This document shows positions 62,130 through 64,000 of a stretch of DNA of 64,000 nucleotides, piece by piece. The stretch lies in contig NC_068984.1 of the NCBI RefSeq assembly GCF_001194135.2, forward strand, positions 104,200,471 through 104,264,470. The letters are read 5' to 3'. A model generated the notes under the pieces. The model was not told the origin of the DNA. It saw nothing but the letters and a program-made list of their open reading frames with translations, and searched no databases. The stretch's first letter is position 1. Every line of letters starts with the position of its first letter. A program made the position numbers and the translations under genes. Source of the DNA: Octopus bimaculoides. Lineage: Eukaryota.

Positions 62130-62760
62130 ATCATGGGGGTAAAGTCTTCAGGTACTTCTTTCATAGGTTCTTGTCAGAAATAACCATCTTTAGATTTTCC
62201 CGCTGGATTCCCAAGAGTGACCAACTGAGACTATGGATATTATCCAACCGTCTTGTTTTTGGTCTACCACAAAGTCTCCTGCTGGTTGGCTCATCTTGAA
62301 GAATCGGTTTTGCAAGTCTTTTCTTTGACATTCTAATCACATGTCCATTGTGTTGGAGCTGTAACCTCTCAGTGCTGAGAAGTAACAGCTCGACCCAGAG
62401 AAACTCCCTGATCTCGGAGTTATGTATCCTGTTGAGTAATGTTAATCCAGAGATCATTCAAAGGAACTCCATTTTGGCTGTTTGTATTTGCAATTGTACA
62501 CTTTTGGTCATTACCCAATGAAGATAGTGTGTTTGGTTTTTCTTTTCCAACCTTGTCTCTTCTGAGGATTGATTGCTGGAACTGGTGCATTACTATGCCA
62601 GCCCCTGCAATTCTAGCATCCACTTCAGCCTCCTGCTTCTTATCACTCAAGGATACAGCCTTGAGGTACTTATACTTCGCTGCTTGTCTCAGTGATGTTG
62701 AATTAACATGCAGAGTGCACTGGGAAGACTTTCATGAGGGGAACCAATGTCTCAGTCTTT
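62130..62760 (-). mobile_element. Degenerate RTE-type LINE 3' fragment (second family)
   Basis: EAEVDARIAGAG...; IHNSEIRE..VELLLL..ERLQL..GHVIRM...RRLCGRPKTR. Confidence 0.75.
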
Positions 62761-64000
62761 GCAATACTAATTCTCATCCCTCCCTACCTCACAGTATTTC
62801 AAAATAATAATAATGAGTGGGTGCAAACTCTTAGAAGTTGAAGTTTATTATTTCCCTATTATTTGATTTCCACAAACAGTTTACATTACTGCAGTTCTGA
62901 GGCTGGGCTTCAGCACTTTCTTTATAAATTTCTTTCTAGATAAACAAAATTGAAGTAAATAAAAGTAAATTTCCTTACTTTTTTGAAATAAAATTCTCTG
63001 CATGTTATTGCTAGTATGAGAAAGTAAAAGTAGATATTAGGATTAAAGCATCAGTGGTGATGATATACAAAACCCCATAATTTATTTTAAAATATATATA
63101 TCTATTTTATTGTATGGTATATCTTCAATCTTCTTTCTTTGTTATATTATTTCCTCTTTTATTGAGATCATCAATTACTCATTCTCTTTATTTTTACAAC
63201 ACTCCAAACTGTATTCACATTAGTTGCAATAGGATGATGTTTCAGACCTTTTAGTTTGTATTTTAACTCTTGTAGCTGCACTGGTTGATGGGATTGCTTA
63301 TTAAATTTGCTTTCGTTGACAATACATCTTGACATTTCAACCATTCATCACATCTTGTCAAGTTGATAATTTTTTAACATAATCCTAACTATAAAAATTG
63401 AATCTTTAGGCTTCTTAAATTATTGCTTAGTTATTACTGTCATTAATATTCAATCATTGAACTGTGGTCAGGCTGGAGCATTGCATTCTATGGATATGTT
63501 GATTACAGTGGTTCCAGTACTTTTAGTAATTGGCACTTTCTTCAAAAATCTTGGAAGGATGGCAGGCAAAGTAAACCCGGGCAGAATTTAAGCTCAAAAC
63601 ATAAAGGGATGTAACTAAATACTATGAGATATTTTGTTTGCTGCTCTACTGCTTGTGCCATTCTGACATGTTAAATAATTTAATAAAGATGTTTTTTATT
63701 TGCCCATGATACATGATGAGATGGTTCTGGCAAAGTAAACCTTTGTATCAGAACAGACATCCTGCAGTTAGAAATGCTCCAGTCCATTATTTATTGATAT
63801 TATCTCTGTCCTTTCTGTAATCTCACAAAGGATCCATTTATACACATAAGATCATATTGTGCATTATATTGAATGTATTCCTCTTTATCTGTTGCATCTT
63901 CTGCCACTTTACTGTACAATTTTCAAAAGGAATTGTGTGTGATTGCAATAACAAGAAAATAGAGTTGTAATAGTTATGCATGATAGGGAGTTAAAGAAGG

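Noticed and set aside
229-63999. Most of the 60-200 aa ORFs in the supplied track
   Set aside because: They come from microsatellites, N runs, antisense LINE frames or AT-rich intron. Only 21575, 30520 and 52677 overlap real exons in frame; others such as 16954, 25083, 62161 and 62420 reflect transposon proteins.

Overview
AT-rich, repeat-dense animal genomic DNA with three N-gaps. The SINE, RTE-LINE and MITE families present point to an octopus genome (inference). The window holds the 5' part of one + strand gene, TBC1D5 (retromer-associated Rab7 GAP). Eight coding exon positions from ATG 21611 to 59721 splice in frame with GT-AG sites; the gene continues beyond the window. A probable promoter and non-coding first exon lie near 4.8-5.0 kb. 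Main finding: the exon between the catalytic arginine finger (IKQDVIR) and the glutamine finger (YRQG) exists as two diverged paralogous copies, 7a (48446-48548) and 7b (52784-52895). Including both or skipping both gives an immediate stop, so they look like mutually exclusive exons that swap the catalytic-core segment. Also seen: an RBFOX-type GCATG cluster after 7a, a candidate 21-nt in-frame microexon (60894-60914), a head-to-head pair of M-box/CLEAR-like sites at the putative promoter, and a tRNA-headed Penelope-type element carrying a minimal hammerhead ribozyme motif. The rest is RTE/CR1 LINE fragments, tRNA-SINEs, a full-length decayed mariner, hAT, piggyBac and mariner MITEs, and microsatellites. 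All homologies were recognised by eye; no database search was run.
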